Shown piece by piece: positions 1 to 9,661 of a stretch of DNA of 64,000 bases. Below the pieces are notes generated by a model that was not told the DNA's origin, searched no databases, and was given only the letters and a program-made list of their open reading frames with translations. Positions within the stretch are counted from its first letter, which is position 1; the number at the start of each line of letters is the position of its first letter. Origin of the DNA: Candidatus Nomurabacteria bacterium (GTDB lineage Bacteria; Patescibacteriota; Patescibacteriia; HK-STAS-PATE-3). Both the position numbers and the translations under genes were made by a program. The stretch spans positions 960,001-1,024,000 of the forward strand of contig CP060223.1 of assembly GCA_023898465.1 (NCBI GenBank). The letters run 5' to 3'.

Positions 1-2
1 CA

Positions 3-139
3 TCAGCTAGTGGATCACGCTATAGCACACAATGGACCCCTTTACTCGCAGGGGACTACACTATTCAAGCCATCATGACGGATGATGATGGTGAAACAAC
101 CAGCACAGACAATCTCAGTGTTAGTATCACTGCGGATTA
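3..139 (+). CDS. 3' end of a surface protein with an Ig/PKD-like C-terminal domain (partial, runs off the window start)
   Basis: Open frame from the window edge to TAA at 137-139. The translation (...QWTPLLAGDYTIQAIMTDDDGETTSTDNLSVSITAD) looks like a PKD/Ig-like beta-sandwich tail. Confidence 0.35.
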
Positions 140-140
140 A

Positions 141-455
141 CTACCGTAAACGATATCGTATTGCCTGCAAGCGAACGCTATGCCCATAGCGTTTTTGATA
201 GGCCGCAGCAAAGTCCTGACGTATCCTTGCCTCATGTGCGCGTAGTTGGTTTGCCAGAGCAGCTGAAGAAACGCGCAGGGTAATTATATTGTGCTTAAAA
301 GTATCCAAACTAATATCAGCCTGGATGTTTTGTGTTAGTATTTGCTGAATACAACCCTTCATCACGTCAAAAACTTGAGTCGCTTCTACTTGAGGGACTA
401 TGTTTGCCTTACGCAGGGATCGACCAATGAGTGATTGAAAGCTTTGCAGCGGCAC
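141..455 (-). CDS. DUF721 / DciA-like small protein downstream of dnaN
   Basis: 104-aa ORF immediately 3' of dnaN on the same strand. The position and size match the DUF721 family usually found in dnaA-dnaN-recF-gyrB neighbourhoods. Confidence 0.55.
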   Translation of the reverse strand: MPLQSFQSLIGRSLRKANIVPQVEATQVFDVMKGCIQQILTQNIQADISLDTFKHNIITLRVSSAALANQLRAHEARIRQDFAAAYQKRYGHSVRLQAIRYRLR

Positions 456-458
456 GAT

Positions 459-1556
459 TTATTGCCGAATCGGCATAATAAGATAGGTGTAGGACTCTTT
501 ATTCGTCGGACGAAATACTCCCGGTCCATCACTATCGGTTAACTCAATCTGCACCTCTTCACTACTCATACTTGCTAATCCATCAAGTAAGTAGCGGTAG
601 TTAAATAAGATGCTTGTTCCTTCTCCGTCCACCTGTCCTTCGAGGTGGGTAGAGTGCTCACCAACTTGCGTATTGGCCGCCTCGATGGTGACGCCCTTTC
701 CTGCCACAAAGGCTAGGGTAATATCATTAATCCCAGTTTTGCAAAAAAGACTTGCTGCTCGCACCTGTCGACTCAGCGCCTCTACGGAGAAGGTGGCAGT
801 GGTAAGATGTTCTTTTGGAATAATCTCTTGGTATTCAGGATATTGACCTTCAATGAGACGAGAAACAAGCTCTATATCGCCAATACGGAAGAGTATCTGG
901 TTCTCGCCTAATATAATACTCATTTCATTTTCCTCGGTATCTAATATCCGCACCACCTCTTGAAGAGCTCGACTTGGCACAATAACCGCTCGCGTGTCTC
1001 CACTTGCGTTAATGTTTATCTTTCGCTCGGCTAAACGATAGCTATCCGTAGCAGCCAGCACCATGTTGTTATTCTCGATTTTTACATAGATGCCGTTTAT
1101 CTCGGGTCGTGAATTATCATTTGCTGCAGCAAATAACACTTGAGTTAGAGCTTGGCGTAAATCGTTAGTGGCCGCTTTTGTTATGCTTTTTTCTTCCACG
1201 CTTGGGATGACTGGAAATTCATCAGCGGCAATTCCCTTCATGGTTGTAGTTGTTTCACCGGTGGTGATGTGTAAACCCTCTTCACGTAATTCAATATCGA
1301 TCCGTACATTCGATAAAAGATTCACAAAGTCGTGAAGAAGTCGACCCTGTATGGTATACGCGCCTGGTGTTTCTACTTTTGCTCGGACCATGCAAGTAAC
1401 ACCAATTTCAAGATTTGTTGCTGATAGACGTATGCCGGTTGACTCCGCGGTAAGAAGAATATTTCCTAAAATTGGTAAGGCTGCGTTCTTTCCTACAGCT
1501 CGTGACACAATGGTTAATCCACGGATAAGGTTTTCTTGTGTACAGGAGAATTTCAT
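459..1556 (-). CDS. dnaN: DNA polymerase III beta sliding clamp
   Basis: 365 aa. The N-terminus (MKF..ENL..GL..V.RAV...LPIL.NILL) and three-domain length are typical of DnaN, and it lies directly downstream of dnaA. Confidence 0.9.
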   Translation of the reverse strand: MKFSCTQENLIRGLTIVSRAVGKNAALPILGNILLTAESTGIRLSATNLEIGVTCMVRAKVETPGAYTIQGRLLHDFVNLLSNVRIDIELREEGLHITTGETTTTMKGIAADEFPVIPSVEEKSITKAATNDLRQALTQVLFAAANDNSRPEINGIYVKIENNNMVLAATDSYRLAERKININASGDTRAVIVPSRALQEVVRILDTEENEMSIILGENQILFRIGDIELVSRLIEGQYPEYQEIIPKEHLTTATFSVEALSRQVRAASLFCKTGINDITLAFVAGKGVTIEAANTQVGEHSTHLEGQVDGEGTSILFNYRYLLDGLASMSSEEVQIELTDSDGPGVFRPTNKESYTYLIMPIRQ

Positions 1557-1808
1557 AGTAGATATTTTATATAAAACAGGAAGTAGTAATAGTAAGGGCT
1601 GGGGAAATGTGGATGAATGTGAGAGGGGTAAGTTTTAGGTAAGTAATCCGGGCTTATTTTACTTTTCATTTTTTTCTCTCATGTGTATATCATCGGCATC
1701 CTTATGTGCACGGTGTGTGAGAGGAAAGGGGATGAAAAATGTCATGTACACTTATCCAGTTTTTGTGCGGATACCATCCCCAAAGATATCCCAATACTTA
1801 TCCGCAGC
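1557..1808. promoter_or_regulatory. dnaA-dnaN intergenic region with degenerate DnaA-box-like motifs (secondary oriC segment / dnaN promoter)
   Basis: AT-rich. Contains tgtggatga (~1608), ttatccag (~1752) and cttatccgc (~1797), each one to two mismatches from TTATCCACA. Confidence 0.35.
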
Positions 1809-3191
1809 TTATCCTGAGCCGTAGAGACGCTGAAGAATCAAGCGCAGGTTTTCCTGAAGGCGCTCATCCTCACGCAGCTGACCAGAAATTTTTGTTACCG
1901 CATGCATAGCAGTCGTGTGATCCCGATTACCTAACTCATAACCAATACTCGGGAAAGAGCTTTGAAGCTCCTCACGCATAAGATACATAGCAATTTGTCG
2001 GGGGACTACCAATTCTTTCTTACGGCTCACCCCAAGGAGATCAGCGATTTCAAGCTCGTAAAAATCAGCCACTACTTCAATAACCTGCCGCGGAGTAACA
2101 CCACCGCGTTTTGTTGAGCGCGTAACCGAAGAAAGTAGCTCTTTTACTGTATCCATGGTAAGTGATTTACCGCTTAACTCTTGGTAAGCCACCACACGAT
2201 TGAGGGCGCCCTCTAGTTCACGAATATTACTTTGTACATTTGTGCCGATGTAATGCAAAATTTCAGAAGAAAGTAAAAGGTTTTTTTCTCGACACTTCAC
2301 ATCCAGGATAGCAATACGCGTTTCTAGGTCTGGCTGGGCAATATCCGCAATCATTCCCCACTCAAAACGAGAGACAAGACGGTTTTCTAGTGAAGGAATT
2401 GATTTTGGTGGACGATCAGAAGTAATAATAATTTGTTTATTCGCCTGATGGAGCGCATTAAAGGTATGAAAAAACTCTTCTTGAGTTCCTTCCTTACCTG
2501 CCAAGAACTGGATATCGTCTACCAAGAGCACATCAACGCCACGGTAGCGATTTTTAAACTCCTCACCGTTTCCCTTACTAATAGCGCGAATGAATTCATT
2601 AGTAAATTTTTCTGAGGAGACGTAGAGCACACGCTTCGAAGAGTCCTGGGCAAGCACCTGATGGCCAATTGCCTGCATAAGGTGCGTTTTACCTAAGCCA
2701 GCACCCCCATAAATAAACAAAGGGTTATAAATTAACCCAGGTCGTTCTGCTACTGCTACGCAGGCCGCTTTTGCGAGTTCATTGGATTTGCCGGTAATGA
2801 AGGTGCCAAAGGTGTAGCGAGGATTTAAGGTAGCGTTTTCTGGTATCTTAGCGGTGGACGGGGCATCACTCACCACGTTCTGCGCTACGGGCGTCTCAGC
2901 CACGGCTACTTTTTGTAGGTTTTGGGCAGCTGGGGCTTTGCTTGGTGATTCTACTTTATAAGAAACCTGCACCTGAGCAGATCCAAGTGCCGATTTTACA
3001 GCTTTAAGTATTGATTCGTGGTATTTGCTCTCCAACCAGGCCTTAGTAAATGTATTAGGAACCCCGATAACCACACTATTTTCATCTTGGGACGCAACAA
3101 AAGTGTTACTAAACCAAGTAGTGAAATTTGGTCGGCTAATAAGTAGTTCTAATTCGCCTAATACGGCCTGCCAAAGCTGTTCATTGGTCAT
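1809..3191 (-). CDS. dnaA: Chromosomal replication initiator protein DnaA
   Basis: 460 aa. Walker A GGAGLGKTHL, an AAA+ core, and a C-terminal DNA-binding helix-turn-helix (..TTAMHAV..). Confidence 0.95.
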   Translation of the reverse strand: MTNEQLWQAVLGELELLISRPNFTTWFSNTFVASQDENSVVIGVPNTFTKAWLESKYHESILKAVKSALGSAQVQVSYKVESPSKAPAAQNLQKVAVAETPVAQNVVSDAPSTAKIPENATLNPRYTFGTFITGKSNELAKAACVAVAERPGLIYNPLFIYGGAGLGKTHLMQAIGHQVLAQDSSKRVLYVSSEKFTNEFIRAISKGNGEEFKNRYRGVDVLLVDDIQFLAGKEGTQEEFFHTFNALHQANKQIIITSDRPPKSIPSLENRLVSRFEWGMIADIAQPDLETRIAILDVKCREKNLLLSSEILHYIGTNVQSNIRELEGALNRVVAYQELSGKSLTMDTVKELLSSVTRSTKRGGVTPRQVIEVVADFYELEIADLLGVSRKKELVVPRQIAMYLMREELQSSFPSIGYELGNRDHTTAMHAVTKISGQLREDERLQENLRLILQRLYGSG

Positions 3192-3375
3192 AAAGCATGG
3201 GGAAATACTCCCAAAAAGACCGTGGATAACTATAGCATAAGCAAAATAAATTGGCTAAAATTAGCCAAAAAAATAGAAAATGTGGATAACTTGTTCATAC
3301 CATGTGTATCAAGCGGTTGAAAAATAGGCGCATTGTACCTTTTTCAAGAAGCTGATAAAATAGCAAAGATTTCTA
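3192..3375. promoter_or_regulatory. Putative oriC between dnaA and rpmH, with DnaA boxes, an AT-rich tract and a palindrome
   Basis: Perfect DnaA box tgtggataa at 3281-3289 and a near-perfect cgtggataa at 3221-3229. An 18-bp perfect palindrome ttggctaaaattagccaa lies at 3251-3268 inside an A/T-rich stretch. The flanks are divergent dnaA and rpmH. Confidence 0.7.
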
Positions 3376-3513
3376 TGCCTAAGCGTACCTATCAACCAAA
3401 AAAGCGAAAAAGAGCAAAAACACACGGCTTTTTGGCGCGGAAACGAACAAAGACCGGACGACGAGTGGTGCAACGACGCCGACGTAAGGGTCGGGCTCGT
3501 TTAGCGCAATAAA
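3376..3513 (+). CDS. rpmH: 50S ribosomal protein L34
   Basis: 45-aa [48 protein letters not shown], a strong match to L34. It is absent from the ORF track because it is under 60 aa. Confidence 0.9.
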
Positions 3514-3858
3514 ATGTTGCCGGCAGCTGCTCGCCTCCGCAAGGAGCAAGACGTACAACGGGTACGGCGTTTTGGTCGTCAGGCTCGAACTACCCACCTG
3601 GCGGTAAGGGTGGCGAAAAGCTCAGTAAAAGGTCCCCGCCTCACCGTGGTTGTGGCAAAACGGGTAGATAAGCGAGCAACAGTGCGTAATAGTATAAAGC
3701 GAAAAATCAGAGCGCAGCTGCAAGAGCTCTATCCCAAACTTTTAACTCACTGTGATATCCTCATAAGTACCCAGCCCTCAACAAAGAATTGCACAAGCAG
3801 TGATTTGCGGGCTGATCTCGAATTCCTATTTCGACGCTTACGACTTTTTCACTCATGA
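3514..3858 (+). CDS. rnpA: RNase P protein component
   Basis: 114-aa basic protein immediately after rpmH, with an RNR-like motif (KRKIRAQL). Classic rpmH-rnpA linkage. Confidence 0.85.
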   Translation: MLPAAARLRKEQDVQRVRRFGRQARTTHLAVRVAKSSVKGPRLTVVVAKRVDKRATVRNSIKRKIRAQLQELYPKLLTHCDILISTQPSTKNCTSSDLRADLEFLFRRLRLFHS

Positions 3859-4100
3859 CGAGTATTAGCATCTTCCTTATACGAGCCTACCAGCGGAGTC
3901 TTTCGCCTGACCATGGATGGTTGCGCGCACGCTATCCTTATGGATACTGCCGATTTCACCCAACCTGTTCTATGTATGCCATTGAAGCTCTTCAGCGGCA
4001 TGGTTTTTTCCGTGGTACATACTTAGCAGTTCGTCGCCTGCTACGTTGTCATCCTTTTCACGAACCTAGTATTGATCCAGTTCCTAAATCACAGCAATGA
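3855..4100 (+). CDS. yidD: Membrane protein insertion efficiency factor YidD
   Basis: 81 aa, YRYHPTCSMYAIEALQRHG-type motif. Four-nt ATGA overlaps with both rnpA and yidC. Confidence 0.85.
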   Translation: MTSISIFLIRAYQRSLSPDHGWLRARYPYGYCRFHPTCSMYAIEALQRHGFFRGTYLAVRRLLRCHPFHEPSIDPVPKSQQ

Positions 4101-4882
4101 ACATCATCGACATCCTTCTCTTTAATCCACTCTTTAACGGGCTCATTGGTACCTATCATATTTTGCCAGGGCAAGATATGGGAGTGGCGATTATTGTGTT
4201 AACCATAGTAGTGCGTGGGATTTTGGCGTATCCCTCAGCCAAGTCAATCAAAGCTCAACGCGAACTGCAGTTGATCCAGCCAAAACTTGAAGCCCTGAAA
4301 GAGCAGTACAAAGATAATAAGGAACAGATGGGTCAAAAACTCATGGAGTTTTATAAGGAGCACAAAGTAAATCCTTTTTCATCTTGTTTACCAACACTCA
4401 TTCAACTTCCCATAATCTTTGTGTTGTATCGAGTGTTTATTAATGGGCTAGCCCTGGACCCAGAAACCGGCACCTTGGTTGCTCATCAAATTGATCGTTT
4501 GTATGGCTCCTTGCATACTATTTATGCCACAACGCCAATTCACACGACAGCCTTTGGTTTTTTGGATCTCACGGCACCTCATAATATTTTATTAGCCCTA
4601 GTCACTGGCGCCTTGCAGTTTTGGCAATCGAGAATGTTAGTGGCCCGACAAGCGCCAATTAAATCAAAAGGTGCTCGAGACGAAAACATGGCTGCGAGCA
4701 TGAGCAAGCAGATGATGTATATTTTCCCGCTAATCACAGCGTACTTTGCCTATCTCTTCCCAGCCGGACTTGCGTTGTATTGGCTGACCTCTACGCTTTT
4801 CCAAGTTGTGCAGCAGTATATTCTTTTCCGTCGCGTTCATCCATCTAAGGAGCTTGATGACCTCACCGCTTCGCAAACATAG
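4097..4882 (+). CDS. yidC: Membrane protein insertase YidC/Oxa1 (short form)
   Basis: 261 aa, multi-TM, with a conserved amphipathic region (KLMEFYKEHKVNPFSSCLP.LIQLPI). Confidence 0.85.
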   Translation: MNIIDILLFNPLFNGLIGTYHILPGQDMGVAIIVLTIVVRGILAYPSAKSIKAQRELQLIQPKLEALKEQYKDNKEQMGQKLMEFYKEHKVNPFSSCLPTLIQLPIIFVLYRVFINGLALDPETGTLVAHQIDRLYGSLHTIYATTPIHTTAFGFLDLTAPHNILLALVTGALQFWQSRMLVARQAPIKSKGARDENMAASMSKQMMYIFPLITAYFAYLFPAGLALYWLTSTLFQVVQQYILFRRVHPSKELDDLTASQT

Positions 4883-5135
4883 CCTATTTCATCTACCCGT
4901 TGAAACAAAAAGTGGCCAAGCCCTGGGTCACATTGATGATATTGAACTTGATCCGATGACGCAACAAGTTCTTCGGTATTATGTGAAAAGCGGTCATCTA
5001 GTTGCCGCGCTTTTGCAAAAAGAGCTCATCGTTGCCGCTGAGCAAGTACTGAGTATTACTGAAGAAAAAATGGTGGTGGATGACCTCGTGCTACCACAAG
5101 CTGATGAAGGTATTGCCTCAGCTACGAGCGCCTGA
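4857..5135 (+). CDS. PRC-barrel domain protein in the jag/khpB position
   Basis: ATG at 4857 inside the yidC 3' end. GHIDDIELDP...G pattern typical of a PRC barrel. The usual Jag KH/R3H domains are absent. Confidence 0.4.
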   Translation: MTSPLRKHSLFHLPVETKSGQALGHIDDIELDPMTQQVLRYYVKSGHLVAALLQKELIVAAEQVLSITEEKMVVDDLVLPQADEGIASATSA

Positions 5136-5594
5136 TGGTTTTGTGACGCTAATTTCCCTCCCCATTTTCCCTTTCGGAGTGATGGTTATCCGATAGGTAG
5201 GCACTTGAGGCCACTCAAGCCTTTTTCCTTTTGGCCACTCAACTACAGTCACAGTATTTTTTTGCCCAAGGTATTCACTCATACCTAGGTCTTCTACTTC
5301 AGCAAAGCTACCTAGGCGATAGGCATCAATGTGCATGAGTCGTTGTATTTTCTTCCCCAGGGTTGAATACATTTTTACCAGCACAAAGGTGGGGCTACGG
5401 ACCGGCTCCTTTACCCCAAGTGATTTTGCTAGGGCCTGGGTAAAGGTGGTTTTTCCAGCCCCTACCGGGCCGTAAAGCAGGACTAATGTGCCGCCCAGGT
5501 TTTGGCGGGAGAATTTTTGGGCAAAGCGGCGGGTATCAGCCGGACTGCTGCTGTAGTAGGTTTCTGGGGTGGCCAGATGTCTTGACGTAGGCAT
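5118..5594 (-). CDS. tsaE: tRNA threonylcarbamoyladenosine biosynthesis protein TsaE
   Basis: 158 aa, P-loop LYGPVGAGKTTF and SPTF motif. Confidence 0.85.
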   Translation of the reverse strand: MPTSRHLATPETYYSSSPADTRRFAQKFSRQNLGGTLVLLYGPVGAGKTTFTQALAKSLGVKEPVRSPTFVLVKMYSTLGKKIQRLMHIDAYRLGSFAEVEDLGMSEYLGQKNTVTVVEWPKGKRLEWPQVPTYRITITPKGKMGREISVTKPSGARS

Positions 5595-5641
5595 AATCTA
5601 TAGCTATACTATCCTATTCTTTATCTACCCAGCAATTTTTC

Positions 5642-6793
5642 ATGGAACTCTCGACCAAGGAGCAAGTTGTTGATGCGCTGCGTTCGCGTGAAAGCATCCT
5701 CATCGTATTGCCAAAAAATCCCAGCCCAGATGCCATAGCTTCTGGGGCGGCCCTGTCTACTATTTTGCGGGCCATGCAAAAAGAAATCCGGATTGTTTCG
5801 AGTGATTTTCAATTTCCTTCCTCACTAGGCTTTTTGCCTGCTCGGCCTGATATCCATACCGACCTGGACGCTGACCGTAAGCTGGTTATTAGTCTCGCTC
5901 TCAAGGAGACCAAACTAGGCGAGCTATCGTATGACGTGCAAGATGACATGTTGAAAATTTTTATTACCCCAAAGGGAAAAGGTTTCCATGAAAAGGATGT
6001 GAAGGCGTCATTAGGAGAATATAACTTTTCACTCATCATCACCCTCGACACACCATCCCTGCAAAGCCTGGGTCCGCTTTTTGAACAAAACGCCGATCTC
6101 TTTTATCAGGTTCCGATTGTAAACATTGATCATCATCCGACAAACGATTCCTTTGGGCAGATTAACTATGTTGATTTAGTAGCGACGTCGACCTCAGAAA
6201 TTGTGCTTGATCTTATTCAAGAGCTAAAACCTGATGTGTTAGATGACGCTATGGCAACAAATTTACTGACTGGAATTATCACAAAGACCCGATGCTTCCG
6301 TAGTCCAAGCGTTACCCCAAAAGCGCTCTCTGTCGCCTCTCATTTAATTGAGATGGGAGCAAAGCGAGAAGATATTGTGCGACATCTTTATCAAACACAT
6401 TCACTCACCGCTCTGAAACTATGGGGACGAGCCTTAGCACGATTAAAAGAGGCGCATCACGGACAGTTTGTCTGGACTATTTTGAATCGCCAGGACTTCC
6501 AAAAATCTGGAGCGGATGCCCGAGCCTTGCACGGAGTAATTGATGAGTTGATTGTAAACATGCCTCGCGCTCGAGTGATTCTAGTAGTCTATGAGGGGGA
6601 AGATGGTCAAATTCATGGTTTGGCCCAGAGCGATAAGCAAATTCGTAATCTTGCCTTGTTTAAAGACTTTCAACCAAGCGGCACAGACGAGTACGCTGAG
6701 TTGCGTTTCCCAGATGAGAGCCTTGAAATTGTGGAAGCAAAAGTAGCAGAGCGAGTCGAAGCATATTTTCGAACGCAAGGACTTCTCTCCTAA
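5642..6793 (+). CDS. nrnA: DHH/DHHA1 phosphoesterase, NrnA-like nanoRNase/pAp phosphatase
   Basis: 383 aa, NIDHHPTND DHH motif, C-terminal DHHA1-like region. Confidence 0.7.
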   Translation: MELSTKEQVVDALRSRESILIVLPKNPSPDAIASGAALSTILRAMQKEIRIVSSDFQFPSSLGFLPARPDIHTDLDADRKLVISLALKETKLGELSYDVQDDMLKIFITPKGKGFHEKDVKASLGEYNFSLIITLDTPSLQSLGPLFEQNADLFYQVPIVNIDHHPTNDSFGQINYVDLVATSTSEIVLDLIQELKPDVLDDAMATNLLTGIITKTRCFRSPSVTPKALSVASHLIEMGAKREDIVRHLYQTHSLTALKLWGRALARLKEAHHGQFVWTILNRQDFQKSGADARALHGVIDELIVNMPRARVILVVYEGEDGQIHGLAQSDKQIRNLALFKDFQPSGTDEYAELRFPDESLEIVEAKVAERVEAYFRTQGLLS

Positions 6794-6851
6794 GCAGTAG
6801 CCCCCAGGTTCCGTTCTCCTCCTGAAGCGTGTATACTTGAGAGGCTGTATT

Positions 6852-8561
6852 ATGGTAGCTACATCCTCATCTTCCAACACTAGTTCATCTCACTCCATCC
6901 CGATTGCTCCAAAAGAAGTCGAGCAGCGTTTTGATAGAAAAATGGAGCAAATGAAGCAGCGAGAATTAGAGCGTCAGGTGCGCGATGAGGCCATTCGGCG
7001 AGGTTTGGGATATACCACCTTAGTAGGAGTGCCGATTGACCAAGACAGCCTCAAGGCCATACCCCGCGAAACTGCGCTGCAAAGGAAAATGATTTGCTTC
7101 AACCGTAGTCGCGAAGAAATGCGTGTAGCCGTACTTGATCCGAATCAAGAGGGTTTGGATGAGTTGCTGCAAAAATTAAGTGAGGAACAAAACCTGGCGA
7201 TCGGTCTCTACCTTGTTTCGCCAAAAAGTATTCAGGCAGCCTTAACGCAGTATGATACTTTGCCGCAAATTAAACCCCAAGTGAGTGGCGTGCAAGTAAC
7301 AGAAAAAGATTTGAATCGCTTCCGCAAAGAACCAACCCTACTCAAAGACCTGGAGGATCAACTCAATCGCATTCCAGTTACTGATGTGTTGAGTTTATTA
7401 CTCGCTAGTGCAACACAATCCCGAGCAACAGATATTCATATTGAGGCTGAGGAAAATGACGTGAAGATTCGCTTCCGTATTGATGGCATCCTACATACCG
7501 TTGCTACCTTACCAAAAGAGTCATGGAAAAAACTTATTAGCCGTATCAAGATTTTGGCCGGCCTGAAGCTAAACATTGAAGACAAGCCACAGGATGGTCG
7601 CATTACTTTACGACTCAGCGACGATGAAGTTGATATCCGTGTTTCCACCGTACCTACTGCCTATGGCGAGAGCGTGGCCCTTCGTTTACTTCTCGCTTCA
7701 GAGGCTGGACTTACCTTAGACGACCTGGGATTGCGTGGACAAGCCTTCGAGCAGTTGAAGCGAGAAATTAGTCGACCAAATGGCATGATAATTACCACTG
7801 GTCCAACCGGGTCCGGTAAAACCACGACGCTCTATGCTTTCTTAAAGCAGTTAAATCGACCAGAAACAAAAATCCTTACCCTGGAGGATCCGATTGAATA
7901 TAAGCTGGAAGGCATTAATCAGAGCCAAGTGAATCCCGAGGAAGGGTACAATTTTGTGCGCGGATTAAAGCACGCCCTCCGACAAGACCCAGACATTGTT
8001 ATGGTCGGTGAAATTCGTGATTTGGAAACTGCCGAGATTGCTATACAAGCGACACTGACTGGTCACTTAGTGATAAGCACGCTGCATACCAATAATGCGG
8101 CCGGTGCAGTGCCGCGTTTCTTATCGCTTGGCGTGAAGCCATTCTTACTCGCTCCCGCCCTGAATGCAGTTATTGGTCAGCGTCTGGTACGGCGCTTGTG
8201 TCAGGAATGTAAAAAGCCAGCTGAGTTGGATGGTGAGACAAGCCAGCGGATTAAAGAGTATTTAGAAAAAATTCCCGAGGATTCAAAGTTCCGACCAGAC
8301 ATGTCAAAACCGCTTACCTTCTACATCGGCGGCGGCTGTGAAGTCTGCGGCGGCATTGGCTATCAGGGTCGTGTTGGTATCTACGAAGTGATGACCATGA
8401 ACCAAGAGTTGGAAAAGCTAGTACTGGCCGGAAACACGTCTGAATATGATATTGAGGCTAATGCGGTAAAGCACGGCATGATTACCATGGTGCAGGACGG
8501 TTTACTAAAAGCACTCGACGGCATTACTTCAGTAGACGAAGTCTTCCGCGTCGCGGAATAA
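6852..8561 (+). CDS. pilB: Type II secretion / type IV pilus assembly ATPase (GspE/PilB family)
   Basis: Walker A TGPTGSGKTTT, Asp box, Walker B VGEIRD, His box TLHTN, and a C-terminal tetracysteine (CQEC...CEVCGG). Start chosen at the MVATSS ATG. Confidence 0.85.
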   Translation: MVATSSSSNTSSSHSIPIAPKEVEQRFDRKMEQMKQRELERQVRDEAIRRGLGYTTLVGVPIDQDSLKAIPRETALQRKMICFNRSREEMRVAVLDPNQEGLDELLQKLSEEQNLAIGLYLVSPKSIQAALTQYDTLPQIKPQVSGVQVTEKDLNRFRKEPTLLKDLEDQLNRIPVTDVLSLLLASATQSRATDIHIEAEENDVKIRFRIDGILHTVATLPKESWKKLISRIKILAGLKLNIEDKPQDGRITLRLSDDEVDIRVSTVPTAYGESVALRLLLASEAGLTLDDLGLRGQAFEQLKREISRPNGMIITTGPTGSGKTTTLYAFLKQLNRPETKILTLEDPIEYKLEGINQSQVNPEEGYNFVRGLKHALRQDPDIVMVGEIRDLETAEIAIQATLTGHLVISTLHTNNAAGAVPRFLSLGVKPFLLAPALNAVIGQRLVRRLCQECKKPAELDGETSQRIKEYLEKIPEDSKFRPDMSKPLTFYIGGGCEVCGGIGYQGRVGIYEVMTMNQELEKLVLAGNTSEYDIEANAVKHGMITMVQDGLLKALDGITSVDEVFRVAE

Positions 8562-8592
8562 GGAAAGCAGCTCCGTCAATTGACTAGAGCTG

Positions 8593-8841
8593 CTATGTGT
8601 TGAGTGCGGTGATCACTGAATGATCAACTAGCACGCCTTGACGTCCTTCCACCTCTACCGGAAGCGTGATTCCAGAAAGGCTTAACCTCTCAGTATCACT
8701 CTTCCAAAGAAGAAGAACGTAGTTGTTGAGGAGCTCGCCCGGGGGCAGTGCATACACATCGAAGTGATCGCTTGAGGCGATCGGATCGCTGCTTGCAGCC
8801 CTTTGAGCACGCTCGAGTAGCCCGTCAGAGAGTTGTATCAT
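8593..8841 (-). CDS. Hypothetical small protein
   Basis: 82-aa ORF with a GGAGGA Shine-Dalgarno upstream of the ATG on the minus strand. Confidence 0.4.
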   Translation of the reverse strand: MIQLSDGLLERAQRAASSDPIASSDHFDVYALPPGELLNNYVLLLWKSDTERLSLSGITLPVEVEGRQGVLVDHSVITALNT

Positions 8842-8918
8842 AGCTGATTTCCTCCCACATTTGGTTGTTCTCTGATGAGGGTCGTGGAATATACCATGGT
8901 TGTTTTATTTGGTCAAGA

Positions 8919-9650
8919 CTACGCGGCAATTAACTCATCCGAGTAGGCTCGTTCAGTAATTTCATTTAATATATATTCGTCACGGCGAAGGTTTGAGATG
9001 GTGACCATTTGACCATCCTTAAACATCTCTGCTTGATAAATTTCTTGATCTGACTCCGAGCTGAGAGTGACTTTTGCATCACCGAAATCGATAATATAAA
9101 AATTTCCCTCATTATCAATCATCACATTTCCGAAGTGTAAATCACGATGATAAATATTTGCTTCGTGCAGCTGTAAAATCATTTGCTTGAGCTGGTCCCT
9201 CATTTCCTTAATTTCGCTTTTCTCAAAACGACGTCCTTCCCTTTTCATATCACGAAACCATTGTTCAAGTGTGCGACCCTCGATTGCCTTCATAGCAAGT
9301 AAGGCGTGAAAATCGCCATTGCCTTCTCGACTTTCAATATATGCTAAGAGAGGAGGAACCCGTATTCCCGCCCGTTCTGCTTCTTGATGAATTTCAAATT
9401 CTCGGCGGAGGGTGTTTACTGTTGCGTGAGGGTCATGGATTGTTTTTGTGCACGTTTTATCAGAGTAGAAAGGATCTTGACCAACCCAGACTTCTCCTGA
9501 TTTTCCAATTCCGAGCTGTTCTCGTCTCTCATATTGTTCTTGAAAATGCTCCAGTAGCTCTCGAGCTGTCTCATCTATTTCAAATTCCTTAGCCTCAGCG
9601 TTTCGACCTCGGAAATATTCAGTGGTAAATTGGGCGCGTTCAATGCTCAT
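8919..9650 (-). CDS. Protein-kinase-like fold protein (RIO/Kdo-kinase-like mini kinase)
   Basis: 243 aa with catalytic-loop YHRDLHFGNVMI and IIDFGDA (DFG) motifs. Lies 11 nt downstream of valS on the same strand. Confidence 0.6.
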   Translation of the reverse strand: MSIERAQFTTEYFRGRNAEAKEFEIDETARELLEHFQEQYERREQLGIGKSGEVWVGQDPFYSDKTCTKTIHDPHATVNTLRREFEIHQEAERAGIRVPPLLAYIESREGNGDFHALLAMKAIEGRTLEQWFRDMKREGRRFEKSEIKEMRDQLKQMILQLHEANIYHRDLHFGNVMIDNEGNFYIIDFGDAKVTLSSESDQEIYQAEMFKDGQMVTISNLRRDEYILNEITERAYSDELIAA

Positions 9651-9661
9651 GTATTGAGGTA

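Noticed and set aside
3379-3597. 72-aa ORF antisense to rpmH/rnpA start
   Set aside because: Overlaps the very confident L34 gene on the opposite strand.
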